64,000 nt of DNA from Microcoleus sp. Lineage in GTDB: Bacteria; Cyanobacteriota; Cyanobacteriia; Cyanobacteriales; Microcoleaceae. This document shows positions 1-10,800 of this stretch, one piece after another. The stretch is from positions 1,024,001 to 1,088,000 of the forward strand of contig CP181291.1 of NCBI GenBank assembly GCA_052279835.1, in the 5' to 3' direction. Numbering within the stretch: position 1 is the stretch's first letter; each line of letters starts with the position of its first letter. The notes below the pieces were generated by a model. It had not been told where the DNA came from. It did not search any database and was given only the letters and a program-made list of their open reading frames with translations. The position numbers and the translations under genes were made by a program.

Positions 1-1053
1 ATCTCCGGTTTTGCTCAACTGAATCTGATTCTTAGCAATTCCCGGCAAATACAGTTCCAGACTGTATTGATTGTTTTCTTGTACAATCTTAATCGTATTT
101 TCTTTGTAATAAACTTGACTGGGGTCTTCGTCTTTGTAAAGGGTTTCTTTCAACCTTTCCAAAGCTGCCAAACCGCACATTTCTTCGGAATAAAGCGGCA
201 CTTCTTTAACTGGAAGTGGCATGAAATCAGAGTGAATTTCCTGACGGTACTGCTCCTGGCTTTCTTTCCAGCGTTTGAAAAATGGGTCAGTTACTTCAGC
301 GGGAATAATCCGGTTGGCTACGACTAAATCTGTGGCTACATTGTACAAACTCAAATAGGCATGAGCGCGCAAAGATTCTTTAATTACCATTTTTTCAGGA
401 TTGGTAACTAACCTGACAGAAGTTACAGCATTGTCTGTTAAAATCTTTTCCAAAGCTTCAATTTGTTCGTAAAATTCATAAGGTGCATCCATCACCTCTT
501 TATCTGGCAAAGAAAAACCGGCAATTGGTCTAAAAATCGGTTCCACTAAAGGTCTCAGGGCTGCGGATATCCCTTGGAGTGGCTTGTAAAATTTTCTCAT
601 GTACCAGCCGCCAACTTCCGGCAAACTTAGCAGTCTCAATGCTGTACCAGTGGGAGCAGAATCGATAATTAAAACATCAAATTCCCCTTCGTCGTAATGC
701 CGTTTCATGCGCACTAAACCGAAGATTTCATCCATTCCGGGCAGGATGGCTAATTCTTCAGCTTGCACGCCTTCGAGTCCCTGGGCGCGCAACACTTGAG
801 TAATGTAGCGCTTAACTGCTCCCCAATTCCCTTCTAATTCCCTGAGAGCGTCTAATTCTGCTCCCCACAAATTCGGTTTTACCAGTCGCGAATCGTGTCC
901 GAGTTCCATGTCGAAGCTGTCGGCTAAGGAGTGGGCGGGATCGGTGCTCAGCACTAGGGTTTTGTATCCCAATTCGGCGCATCGCAGCCCTGTGGCGGCG
1001 GCTACGGATGTTTTACCGACGCCGCCTTTTCCGGTCATTAATATTAAGCGCAT
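1..1053 (-). CDS. arsA: ArsA/Get3 (TRC40) family ATPase, 3' end runs off the window
   Basis: Manual translation from ATG at 1053: [22 protein letters not shown]...[14 protein letters not shown]...PGMDEIF...IDSAPTG, the hallmark ArsA motifs. Absent from the ORF track because it is truncated. Confidence 0.92.
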   Translation of the reverse strand, partial: MRLILMTGKGGVGKTSVAAATGLRCAELGYKTLVLSTDPAHSLADSFDMELGHDSRLVKPNLWGAELDALRELEGNWGAVKRYITQVLRAQGLEGVQAEELAILPGMDEIFGLVRMKRHYDEGEFDVLIIDSAPTGTALRLLSLPEVGGWYMRKFYKPLQGISAALRPLVEPIFRPIAGFSLPDKEVMDAPYEFYEQIEALEKILTDNAVTSVRLVTNPEKMVIKESLRAHAYLSLYNVATDLVVANRIIPAEVTDPFFKRWKESQEQYRQEIHSDFMPLPVKEVPLYSEEMCGLAALERLKETLYKDEDPSQVYYKENTIKIVQENNQYSLELYLPGIAKNQIQLSKTGD

Positions 1054-1162
1054 TGATTGTTTAGCTCGCCTGAAAGTTCTTTACTCCTATATTGTAACGT
1101 TATGTAACAGAGATTAATTTAGTGGCGGATTTAATTTGGGCGACAACTAGCCGCACAGAGGC

Positions 1163-1228
1163 AGAAACCGGGTTTTTTACCAAAATACTGCATCGCAGCC
1201 TTTAAATAAAATGAAAAACCCGGTTTCT
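1163..1228. repeat. Palindromic REP-like repeat, family A (AGAAACCGGGTTTT...AAAACCCGGTTTCT)
   Basis: 14-bp inverted arms. Related copies at 37489-37552, 38892-38956, 45814-45878, 53291-53358 and 56972-57039; half copy at 2183. Confidence 0.9.
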
Positions 1229-1446
1229 TTGGTATCTATGCGTCCAGGGCTAATACAGCACATTTCCACTGATGCACTAAATCTGTGCGATGTCAATAGA
1301 GAGTTGAGTTTAAAGGGCGATCGCACTTAATTTGTAGGTGTTCAAAAAGGGCGATCGCACTTAATGCTTGTTCAATAAAAGGCGACATGATATAATATCA
1401 ATTAGCAACTCTATTTCCACCAACTTTAAAATAGGAGTATTCACCC

Positions 1447-1776
1447 ATGCAACTGGAAGACTATTTTGACTTTCAGCGGCCCGATGATATTCGGGTCAAA
1501 GGGACGCGAATCGGGATTGAAACTATCCTATATGATTTCATTCATCGCGCTCGCACTCCCGAACAAATTGCTCAAATTTATCCATCTCTTAACTTGGAAC
1601 AAGTCTATGCTACTATCCTTTACTATCTGCACAATAAAGAGGCCGTTAGTAACTACATTGCTGATTGGTTGGAGTGGAGTCATCAGCAACTTAAAGCACA
1701 AGAACTTAATCCATCCCCTTCTGCTATCCGCCTGAGAAAACTAAGAGCAGAAAGAGAGGTTATTCAGAAAGTATAA
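1447..1776 (+). CDS. DUF433 domain protein (putative antitoxin)
   Basis: IRVKGTRIGIETIL...TPEQIAQIYPSLNLEQVYATILYY is the DUF433 signature; coupled to a downstream PIN gene. Confidence 0.88.
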   Translation: MQLEDYFDFQRPDDIRVKGTRIGIETILYDFIHRARTPEQIAQIYPSLNLEQVYATILYYLHNKEAVSNYIADWLEWSHQQLKAQELNPSPSAIRLRKLRAEREVIQKV

Positions 1777-2156
1777 TGCCTTTAAAATATCTGCTGGATG
1801 AAAATGTAGACCCGATCTACAAAGTGGGATTAAGTAAAAATGAGTCCGATCTAATCGTTTGGGCTGTGGGTGAACCTCACTGTCCCCGCAGAGGTACTTT
1901 AGATCCAGAAATTTTACTTTGGTGTCAGGAGTATAATTTTATATTGGTGACCAATAACCGTAAATCTATGCCTGTCCACTTGGTGGATCACATCAACGAA
2001 AGTCGTCATATACCAGGAATTTTTCTTCTCAATGTTAAGTTAACCGTGGGGCAAAATATTGATGAGTTGATTTTCTTAGCACAGGTATCTTTTGAAGGTG
2101 AATATCAAGACCAAATTATTCATTTGCCCCATAGTTATGTTTTAGGAGTGCAATAG
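1776..2156 (+). CDS. DUF5615 / PIN-like toxin
   Basis: LKYLLDENV...DPEILLWC...ILVTNNRK...HIPGI motifs; start overlaps the DUF433 stop (TAATG). Confidence 0.85.
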   Translation: MPLKYLLDENVDPIYKVGLSKNESDLIVWAVGEPHCPRRGTLDPEILLWCQEYNFILVTNNRKSMPVHLVDHINESRHIPGIFLLNVKLTVGQNIDELIFLAQVSFEGEYQDQIIHLPHSYVLGVQ

Positions 2157-2310
2157 TAGATTGCCCTAAAGCATAAGAATTGAGAAACCGGGTTTTTCAG
2201 AAATATCTGGTTTGGAGCTAAAGCAGCGATCGCAACGCATTTAGTCCTTGACAAAAATATCCTTTTCAGTTACGATAAAACTTAATACTAAATATTTTAA
2301 TTTATGCCCG

Positions 2311-2733
2311 ATGAAACAAACAAATTTGCATGAATTAAATGAACAAGTTTTGTTAGAGGAAACTCAGCCTCTAGCAATAGAGTATAATGGGCGATTAGTT
2401 GGTTATTTTTATCCAGTTAGTGCAATGCCAAGTGCGATGGAGGAAATCGATCGCACTTTTACAAATTTAGTACAACAATGGCGCAATGAAACTATAGGTA
2501 TTTCCTCCACTACAGATTTAGTCATGCACCCTGCTTACCAACAAATTATTAGGATGGGTTCAGTAGTAATTCCTCTGTTATTAAGGGAAGTGGAAAGAAA
2601 GTCGGGGCGTTGGTTTTGGGCTTTGTCTGAAATTACTGGAGAAGATCCAGTACCTTTAGAAAAACGGGGTAAAACTAAAGAGATGACTCAGTTATGGTTA
2701 GAGTGGGGGAAAGCAAAAGGTTACAAATGGTAG
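2311..2733 (+). CDS. Hypothetical protein, putative antitoxin partner
   Basis: ORF with SST..LVMHPAYQQIIRMG...WFWAL..ITGEDP...W..WG segment; overlaps the next gene's start. Start uncertain (2248 TTG or 2311 ATG). Confidence 0.7.
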   Translation: MKQTNLHELNEQVLLEETQPLAIEYNGRLVGYFYPVSAMPSAMEEIDRTFTNLVQQWRNETIGISSTTDLVMHPAYQQIIRMGSVVIPLLLREVERKSGRWFWALSEITGEDPVPLEKRGKTKEMTQLWLEWGKAKGYKW

Positions 2734-3197
2734 GAAATAACGCTTGGATGCAAAGTATTAAAGAATGGATTTCACAAAATCATCCTAATTTAGTAACAAC
2801 GGGATATAAAATTACCAGTTCAGACACAACTGATTATAATTGTATTGCTTGGGCTGCTGGAAATACAGAAGAATGGTGGTGGCCAGATGCCAAAGGTGGA
2901 GACTATTGGCCACCTAATATACCGCGAGAGGAATCTCTGACTGCTTTTATTATGGCTTATCAAACTTTAGGGTATGAAGTCTGTGAAAATGCTTTGCTGG
3001 AAACTGGTTTTGAAAAGATAGCGATTTATGTTTTAGATGGAAAACCTCAACACGCCTCCCGACAACTTCCTAATGGGAAGTGGACTAGCAAATTAGGTCA
3101 GTATGAGGATATAGAACATAATTATTTAGAGGGTTTAGAAGGTAGTATATATGGTGAAGTTTCTTATAAGCTTCCAGGAAATATTGGAGAAACTTAG
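2727..3197 (+). CDS. Hypothetical protein with putative papain-like Cys-His motifs; C-terminus probably replaced
   Basis: YNCIAWA...PQHASRQLPNGKWTSKLG..EDIEH motifs; the last codons run into the antisense CHAT fragment. Confidence 0.7.
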   Translation: MVGNNAWMQSIKEWISQNHPNLVTTGYKITSSDTTDYNCIAWAAGNTEEWWWPDAKGGDYWPPNIPREESLTAFIMAYQTLGYEVCENALLETGFEKIAIYVLDGKPQHASRQLPNGKWTSKLGQYEDIEHNYLEGLEGSIYGEVSYKLPGNIGET

Positions 3198-3723
3198 GGG
3201 CTAAAGCTACAGGTAAAATCTCCCGCATCACAATCACTTGCGGCAAATGTAAATCTTCCCCTTCTGCTAATTGATAGGCAATCCCTAACCCATCACAAGC
3301 ATTAAAAATTGCCAACTTTAAACCATTATTTATAGCTTTTTTGAGATGATTTTTAATTTCATCAATTGTCAATGTATCTTGAGAATTAATTTGAATCTTG
3401 CCAATCCTTCCATCATTCTCTGTCTTTCCATGACCTGCAAAAAATAAAATATCCCACCTTTTTTTCCATAAAGGTTCATCTAGATCGCGCCGTTGAGGTT
3501 CTTTTAACCAACAAATTTCGGCATCTGGAATTAATTGCTTAATGACATCTTCATCCGCATCAGTTCCCGCATTGTCTCCCAAAATGACTAAAATTTTAAC
3601 TTTCTCTTTTTTCTCTGAATTGCCTAAATTTTTAACTTGTTTAAACTTAGGAGAAGCTAAAACGACTTCTGCGCTAGGAATATGCTCTAATAAATTCCAT
3701 TCACACCAAGGTAAACGTCGCAA
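3165..3723 (-). pseudogene. Internal fragment of a CHAT-domain protein
   Basis: RRLPW.EW...WDILFFAGH...GLKLAIFNACDGLGIA...LPQVIVMRE is a cyanobacterial CHAT core. It lacks N- and C-terminal parts and collides with the + strand gene. Confidence 0.75.
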
Positions 3724-3740
3724 CCGAGGAAACTTATCTC

Positions 3741-4016
3741 ATGTCAAACAACCACTATTGCGCTGTGCATGGAAACCATAGAATGAGAACAGAATCCTTT
3801 CGGGTTTTACAGACGTTTGGACTTGAGTATCCCAACTATAAAATGCTGGCTCAAGCCAAGAGTGGCAATCGCTATATTGTGTTGTATCCTGACAGTCTTG
3901 GGATAGATGTAGGTCAAGAAGTCCTGATTGATTTCAATGACGATTCTTGGCGCACTATTGATAATCCGAGAAATGGTCGAAAGTCTGATATTGCAAAGGT
4001 TAGTAAGGTCAATTAG
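3741..4016 (+). CDS. Hypothetical protein
   Basis: 91-aa ORF followed by a terminator-like hairpin; no family recognised. Confidence 0.5.
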   Translation: MSNNHYCAVHGNHRMRTESFRVLQTFGLEYPNYKMLAQAKSGNRYIVLYPDSLGIDVGQEVLIDFNDDSWRTIDNPRNGRKSDIAKVSKVN

Positions 4017-4059
4017 CAGAAAAAAAGGAGTTATTCAACAGTGAAATACCACTGTTGAT

Positions 4060-4085
4060 ATCGACCTGTTACGGGTCGATTTTTT
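4060..4085 (+). terminator. Rho-independent terminator-like hairpin
   Basis: ATCGACC-TGTTACG-GGTCGAT followed by a T-run, between convergent genes. Confidence 0.6.
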
Positions 4086-4107
4086 ATTGCTAAAAAACGC
4101 ATAATCG

Positions 4108-4500
4108 TCAAACATTAGTTTTCGCAGGAAATACCAATTGTTTGAGCACATCCAACCGCGAACAGTCCCAGTAATCGATGTGAGAAACAATTAAACCATC
4201 GGGATTGACTTTCAGTTCGCTCCTGCCACTAATTGCCATTTTCGGTCGCCAAGGTAGCGGTGCGAACCAACTCAGGGTCCAGCGAGTTTCTATGCTATCT
4301 CCAGACTGCGAAATATCGTGCAAATCTAGATTTATATCCTGAAAAAAAGTCCCCATAAACCCGATCATTTTGCGGTAGAGATCGACTCCTGTAAATCTAT
4401 TCACCGGGTCTTCAAAATAAACATCCTGGGCATAAATGCTGTAAGTCTGATTTTCAGGAAATCTTTGATAATCATCTTTGAGAATTTCAATAATGTCCAT
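4108..4500 (-). CDS. DUF2358 (SnoaL/NTF2-like) protein
   Basis: YSIYAQDVYFEDP..RF.G...Y...TRWTL...LPWRP...SHIDYW. Confidence 0.85.
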   Translation of the reverse strand: MDIIEILKDDYQRFPENQTYSIYAQDVYFEDPVNRFTGVDLYRKMIGFMGTFFQDINLDLHDISQSGDSIETRWTLSWFAPLPWRPKMAISGRSELKVNPDGLIVSHIDYWDCSRLDVLKQLVFPAKTNV

Positions 4501-4634
4501 TGCGGGCGATCGCCATTCTATGATTATTAGATAATTTTAACACATTCAATAAAAAATCCGCAATTTTAGTCCAAATTATGATATAATATTCGTTTATTTA
4601 CTACCTTCCCAACTTAGAACTTAACATCAGAACT

Positions 4635-5249
4635 ATGATTGAACTCTACACTTTTACCACACCCAACGGTCGCAAAGTCTCCATCATGCTCGAAGAAATA
4701 GGCTTACCCTACAACCTGCACGTCATAGACATTAGAAAAAACGACCAATTTAGCCCAGAATTCATCGCCATCAACCCGAATAGCAAAATTCCTGCTATAG
4801 TCGATCGCGATAACGGCATCACCGTCTTCGAGTCTGGCGCAATCCTGATTTATCTTGCTGAAAAAAGTGGCAGATTCCTACCCACAGACAAACATAAATA
4901 CTTTCAAGTCATGGAATGGTTGATGTTTCAAATGGCAAGCGTCGGGCCAATGTTCGGTCAACTCAACCACTTCAAACGCTTTGCACCAGAACCAATTCCC
5001 TATGCAATTCAACGCTACGAAAAAGAAACCCTGCGACTGTATGGAGTATTAGACAATCAACTAGCAAAATACGAGTACATCTGCGGCGACTATTCAATTG
5101 CCGATATTGCTACCTATCCCTGGGTGGCCATTTATGAATTTCAAGGATTAACCCTAGACAATCACCCCCATCTCAAACGTTGGGTAGAAACCTTGCAACA
5201 ACGTCCCGCAGTACAGCGCGGCATGGCAATTCCGGCTGCACAAAAATAG
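4635..5249 (+). CDS. Glutathione S-transferase (YfcG/Ure2-like)
   Basis: TPNGRK, INPNSKIPAI, FESGAIL, SIADIA motifs. Confidence 0.93.
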   Translation: MIELYTFTTPNGRKVSIMLEEIGLPYNLHVIDIRKNDQFSPEFIAINPNSKIPAIVDRDNGITVFESGAILIYLAEKSGRFLPTDKHKYFQVMEWLMFQMASVGPMFGQLNHFKRFAPEPIPYAIQRYEKETLRLYGVLDNQLAKYEYICGDYSIADIATYPWVAIYEFQGLTLDNHPHLKRWVETLQQRPAVQRGMAIPAAQK

Positions 5250-5347
5250 GAATTTTTCAACCGCAAATCTGCGTTTGAAAAAATGCCCTCAAACTCAATC
5301 CGGTAGCATCGGAATTAATATTACTCACAGTCAGGACACGGCAGTGC

Positions 5348-5526
5348 CCAAAGCGTGTCAACTTAAGGTAAAACCGATAGTCCGACAGGGGTTGAAACCC
5401 CTGTCTCAAAGCGAAAGTCCTCTAAAGAGGACTGAAGAACTCATTAGTCCTCTTAAGAGGACTTTCGCTATTAGACAGGGACTTCAGTCCCTGGCGGGAT
5501 TTCAGGCTTAAGTTGACACGCTTTGG
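5348..5526. mobile_element. MITE-like element, 179 bp, with perfect 20-bp TIRs and a 7-bp target duplication
   Basis: TIRs CCAAAGCGTGTCAACTTAAG (5348-5367) and CTTAAGTTGACACGCTTTGG (5507-5526); GCAGTGC on both sides (5341-5347, 5527-5533). Confidence 0.8.
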
Positions 5527-5596
5527 GCAGTGCCGTGTCCCCCTACAATTAATCAGGGTAGGGACACAACACTGTTGTGTCCTCTTCCTCTGTTGC

Positions 5597-7021
5597 TCAA
5601 TCCGCGAAATGCTTAATAATTGCATCCGCAAACTCCGAACACTTTAACTCTGGCACCGGCGGTTCCATCAACCGGGCTAAATCATAGGTAACTTCACCAT
5701 TAGAAATAGCCGCACCCAAACCCTTCTTAATCAAGTCTGCCGCTTCCTGCCATCCCATATATTCTAACATCATCACCCCAGACAAAATCAGGGAACCGGG
5801 ATTAACTTTATCCAAACCAGCGTGTTTCGGTGCAGTGCCGTGAGTGGCCTCAAAAACTGCACATTCATCGCCAATATTAGCACCGGGACCCATGCCCAAT
5901 CCGCCGACAATTGCAGCAGCAGCATCGGACAAATAATCGCCGTTCAAATTCATTGTCGCCAAAATCGAATATTCGCCGGGTCGAGTTTGAATTTGTTGGA
6001 AAATGCTGTCAGCAATTCTGTCATTGACCATGATTTTATCTTTCCACTTGCCACCGCCGTGACTATCCCAAATAGTTGCTAAAACATCAGCGACTTCTTG
6101 AGTTATTTTGGCTTGTTTTTCGGGAGTCAAAGCATCAAATCCGGGGTCTATTTGGCGGGCATTGTCTTCTAAGCTAAGGTCAGGATTTTTTTCTTTGTTC
6201 CCCAGAATCCAAGACTCTCTTTCGGTGACGCACTGGGCGCGAAATTCGGTGGTAGCTAATTCGTAACCCCAATCTCGGAATGCTCCTTCGGTGTATTTCA
6301 TGATGTTGCCTTTGTGCACCAAAGTTACTTGCTGCTTTTCTTTTGGCAACCGCAAAGCGTGGGTAATGGCGCGCCGTACTAAGCGCTGAGAACCTGTTTT
6401 GCTAATGGGTTTAATGCCGATTCCAGAATCGAGGCGAATTTGTTTTTTGCCGTGTTCTGGTGTGGCGGGAATTAACTCATTATTGAGGTATTCAATTAGT
6501 TTTTTGCCGATTTCGCTATCTTTTGCCCATTCAATTCCGAGGTAAATATCCTCTGTATTTTCCCGGTAAATAATGACGTCTAGCAGTTCGGGAGTTTTGT
6601 GTAATGATGGGGTTCCATCATAATATTTGCAGGGGCGCACGCAGGCGTAAAGGTCAAAAATTTGCCGCAAAGCTACGTTGAGCGATCGAATTCCACCACC
6701 TATGGGGGTTGTCAGGGGGCCTTTGATGGCGACGCCGTATTCTTTGATGGCATCTAGGGAATCTTGTGGTAAATATTGGTAAGTACCGTAGACATCACAG
6801 GCTTCGTCGCCTACATAGATTTTAAACCAGTTGATTTTGCGATCGCCGCCGTAGGCCATTTCTACAGCAGCATCCATGACTTTCTGGGATGCTGGCCACA
6901 AGTCCACACCCGTACCGTCACCGCGAATGAAAGGAACGATTGGGTCATTGGGGACGACGGGCAAACCGTCTTTGAATGTAATTTTAGAACCAGTTGTCGG
7001 GGCTACAATCTTTTCGTACAT
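5597..7021 (-). CDS. icd: NADP-dependent isocitrate dehydrogenase
   Basis: [54 protein letters not shown]. Confidence 0.98.
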   Translation of the reverse strand: MYEKIVAPTTGSKITFKDGLPVVPNDPIVPFIRGDGTGVDLWPASQKVMDAAVEMAYGGDRKINWFKIYVGDEACDVYGTYQYLPQDSLDAIKEYGVAIKGPLTTPIGGGIRSLNVALRQIFDLYACVRPCKYYDGTPSLHKTPELLDVIIYRENTEDIYLGIEWAKDSEIGKKLIEYLNNELIPATPEHGKKQIRLDSGIGIKPISKTGSQRLVRRAITHALRLPKEKQQVTLVHKGNIMKYTEGAFRDWGYELATTEFRAQCVTERESWILGNKEKNPDLSLEDNARQIDPGFDALTPEKQAKITQEVADVLATIWDSHGGGKWKDKIMVNDRIADSIFQQIQTRPGEYSILATMNLNGDYLSDAAAAIVGGLGMGPGANIGDECAVFEATHGTAPKHAGLDKVNPGSLILSGVMMLEYMGWQEAADLIKKGLGAAISNGEVTYDLARLMEPPVPELKCSEFADAIIKHFAD

Positions 7022-7309
7022 ATCTTAACAATGCGGATAGCAATTCTTCCTATTTTGCCACGATTGTCTGTCTAAATTTCAATAAATTATAAATAATTAT
7101 CTAATTTTTGAATATTGGATATGCTGCTGTATCTATCGTAACCAAATTGGGATTATAAGTAGAAAGAAGAAGGAAGAGGGAAGAAGGAAGAAGGAATAGC
7201 GGAATATTTTCAATTGCTAAAACCATAGATTTTATTGCATCTTCCTTCTTCTGATGCACGCAGATAAACGCAGATTCTTTTTTGATGATGCCTGCATTTA
7301 TCTGTGATT

Positions 7310-7915
7310 CTATTCTTTTTGCATATTTTTTTTCACAGCCCACAAAATAAACCAGATGACAATAATCACCACAACTATTTTGGAAACAGGAGCGAGATAT
7401 TCATCTACAAGTGTATAATTTTCCCCTAGTTTATATCCGGCAAAAGTGAGGAAACTCACCCATAAAACAGTGCCACCTGTTGAGTAGAGTAAAAACGGAA
7501 TTAAAGGCATATTGTTGATGCCAGCGGGCAGGGAAATCAGGGTGCGCACTCCGGGAACAAGGCGACACAAAAATACGGCTTTGTTGCCGTGTCTGTTAAA
7601 CCATCTATTTGCTTTGTCAATATCAGCACCTGATACAGTTATCCACTTGCCGTATTTATCTGCTAAATTCCTCAAGCGTTCTTCGCTCAATAATTTACCG
7701 GCATAGTACCACGGAAGTGCCCCTAGAACTGTACCGATGACTCCGGCTGCGATGGCTGGTGCTAACTGCATCTCGTTACCCTTCGATGCTGTGAATCCTG
7801 CCAGTGGCATAATCAATTCTGAGGGTATGGGCGGGAACAGGTTTTCCAAAAACATTAATAATGCAATGCCCAGATAACCCATGGACTGCATTGTGTTAGT
7901 GATCCATTCAACCAT
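7310..7915 (-). CDS. DedA family membrane protein
   Basis: LENLFPPIPSE...RLVPGVRTLISLPAG motif. Confidence 0.92.
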   Translation of the reverse strand: MVEWITNTMQSMGYLGIALLMFLENLFPPIPSELIMPLAGFTASKGNEMQLAPAIAAGVIGTVLGALPWYYAGKLLSEERLRNLADKYGKWITVSGADIDKANRWFNRHGNKAVFLCRLVPGVRTLISLPAGINNMPLIPFLLYSTGGTVLWVSFLTFAGYKLGENYTLVDEYLAPVSKIVVVIIVIWFILWAVKKNMQKE

Positions 7916-7992
7916 TTTGATTTAATAATTTGCTAAGAAAGAAGAAGTTATTAGTCAGTAGTCAGTAGTCATTAGTGATGCCCTGCCCTTTG

Positions 7993-8102
7993 CTCGTTCC
8001 TAGGCTCTGCCTGGGAACGCATATCTAGAGGCTCTGCCTCGATTCCGAATACTGGAGGCAGAGCCTCCCTTGATTCATTCCCAGGCAGAGCCTGGGAACG
8101 AG
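7993..8102. repeat. Palindromic REP cluster (AGGCTCTGCC / GGCAGAGCCT units)
   Basis: Nested inverted repeats; partial copy at about 32277-32322. Confidence 0.85.
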
Positions 8103-8135
8103 AATTAGCAGAGCCTCGGAACGAGAATACTTTGA

Positions 8136-9413
<1,278 letters not shown>

Positions 9414-9640
9414 TTATGTTATTTCTGACAAATCATTCAACTGTGTTAGTTGTACCAGATTAACCTAGGGAGCCGCAAGTTCCCGGATTGGATGCTGGTG
9501 AGACGCAGACGGGCTAAATGGGGGTTAAATTTGCGATTTTCTAGGCGAATCTACCGAATCTGGCCATAGACCCCATTACTTTCGGTCGTGTTATATTGCT
9601 AGTGCGATCGGCTCCATCGATCGGTCTGAGACCCTCGCCC

Positions 9641-9907
9641 TCAATCTTTTTTGCTGTCGCGGCGTTCTTGAATGATATGAATGATAGAAGGCACAAAAGA
9701 CAACACAATTATTCCCAAAACTATCGGCAATAAATATTTATCCACATCAGGAATTACCCTTCCCAAATAATAACCCATCAGCTTGATGCCAAAGGTCCAC
9801 AAAAACCCACCTGCTAAGTTGTAAGACATAAAAGTTTTGTATTTCATTGCCGCCACCCCCGCAACTATCGGCGCAAAAGTGCGGATAATTGGCATGAATC
9901 GCGCCAT
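9641..9907 (-). pseudogene. C-terminal half of a DedA-family gene (5' truncated)
   Basis: Starts at the internal motif ARFMPIIRTFAPIVAG; the upstream sequence does not encode the DedA N-terminal half. Confidence 0.75.
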
Positions 9908-10040
9908 GACAACACTATCTGCTGGATTAATTGGTCAGGTGGGCGAGTTCCACAGAGCCTAAAAATTAAATAGTTCAAAAAACTCGCCTGACGCACTCTA
10001 AAATTCGATATTACGGATGTGCCGTTGCGTCTAGGACTGT

Positions 10041-10241
10041 TTATCTTCCGCTACCTCGTTCGGGAGCAGAATCTTTATCTGTTTCTGTGGAAGAATTTGG
10101 ATCGGCTTGGGATGTTAACAATTCGGGAACAGATTTGTCTTGAGAAAAAAATGTCTGAGCAATTTGTAGGCTTTGAGCGTTAACTGGAGTGCTGCTCAAT
10201 AACAGACTTGACATTAGGATACAAGAGTAAGTGCGCATCAT
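10041..10241 (-). CDS. patX: PatX-like signalling peptide precursor ending in ERGSGR
   Basis: Signal-peptide-like N-terminus (MRTYSCILMSSLLLSSTPVNA), polar linker, and C-terminal PERGSGR-stop. Confidence 0.75.
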   Translation of the reverse strand: MMRTYSCILMSSLLLSSTPVNAQSLQIAQTFFSQDKSVPELLTSQADPNSSTETDKDSAPERGSGR

Positions 10242-10377
10242 AAAGTTCGGTGTTTGTAGTTTCCGCTTCTTGATACGCAGCCTCTGCTCTGATATCAGGG
10301 TAAAAAAAATGCAAGTTTTGCAAAATTACGAATTAATAATCGATGCAATCTGCAAGTTTTTTACGCCTCGGATTTAG

Positions 10378-10390
10378 GGGGTGATACCCC
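10378..10390. promoter_or_regulatory. Candidate HetR-binding palindrome GGGG-TGATA-CCCC
   Basis: Fits the GGG-N5-CCC HetR consensus and resembles the hetP site GGGGTCTAACCCC; about 140 bp upstream of the patX-like start. Confidence 0.5.
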
Positions 10391-10515
10391 TCACTGGTGT
10401 CCCCAGAAGTAGGGGCGTCAATTAACTGGCAAAAACCTCACTGGCGTGAGGAATGCTAGAGCGCTAATTGTAAATTTATTTAATTATTCAGATTTCCTTC
10501 ATAATTTATTGCTAA

Positions 10516-10575
10516 TTGACATTCTGCGGCGTGAACGCGCAGGGATTCTTTAATCTACGAGCCAACTTGCTGTAA
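10516..10575 (-). mobile_element. Remnant of an IS200/IS605-family right end
   Basis: Minus strand reads ...AAGAATCCCTGCGCGTTCACGCCGCAGAATGTCAA: a subterminal hairpin ending in TCAA, typical of tnpB-element right ends. No transposase ORF is left. Confidence 0.5.
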
Positions 10576-10582
10576 ACTAACC

Positions 10583-10706
10583 GGGAGCATCCCGATTTTG
10601 CATAGGCTGTAGCATGACCGCAGAAAATTTATTAGTGATAACGAGAGATTTACAGCGGTCATGCTATGGCCAATACGAATATATTTGCACTCATTGAGAT
10701 GCACCC
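10583..10706. repeat. Nested-palindrome element, family B, copy 1
   Basis: Outer IR GGGAGCATCCC..TTTGCA / TGCA..GAGATGCACCC and inner IR TAGCATGACCGC / GCGGTCATGCTA; homologous to 56698-56818. Confidence 0.75.
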
Positions 10707-10800
10707 AACTAACCTAATTAAATCTCATAGAATTTTAGGCTTGATATCCCCGACTTATTTAAGAAGTCGGGGAGAGCGCAGAAATTTTTCAAGGGAAAAT

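Noticed and set aside
5275..5631. Short ORFs 5275-5511 and 5422-5631 (also 7972-8154, 39224-39487, 56646-56834, 56968-57195)
   Set aside because: They lie in palindromic repeat elements; spurious.
9414..9640. SAM/SAH riboswitch upstream of ahcY
   Set aside because: No recognisable consensus by eye.
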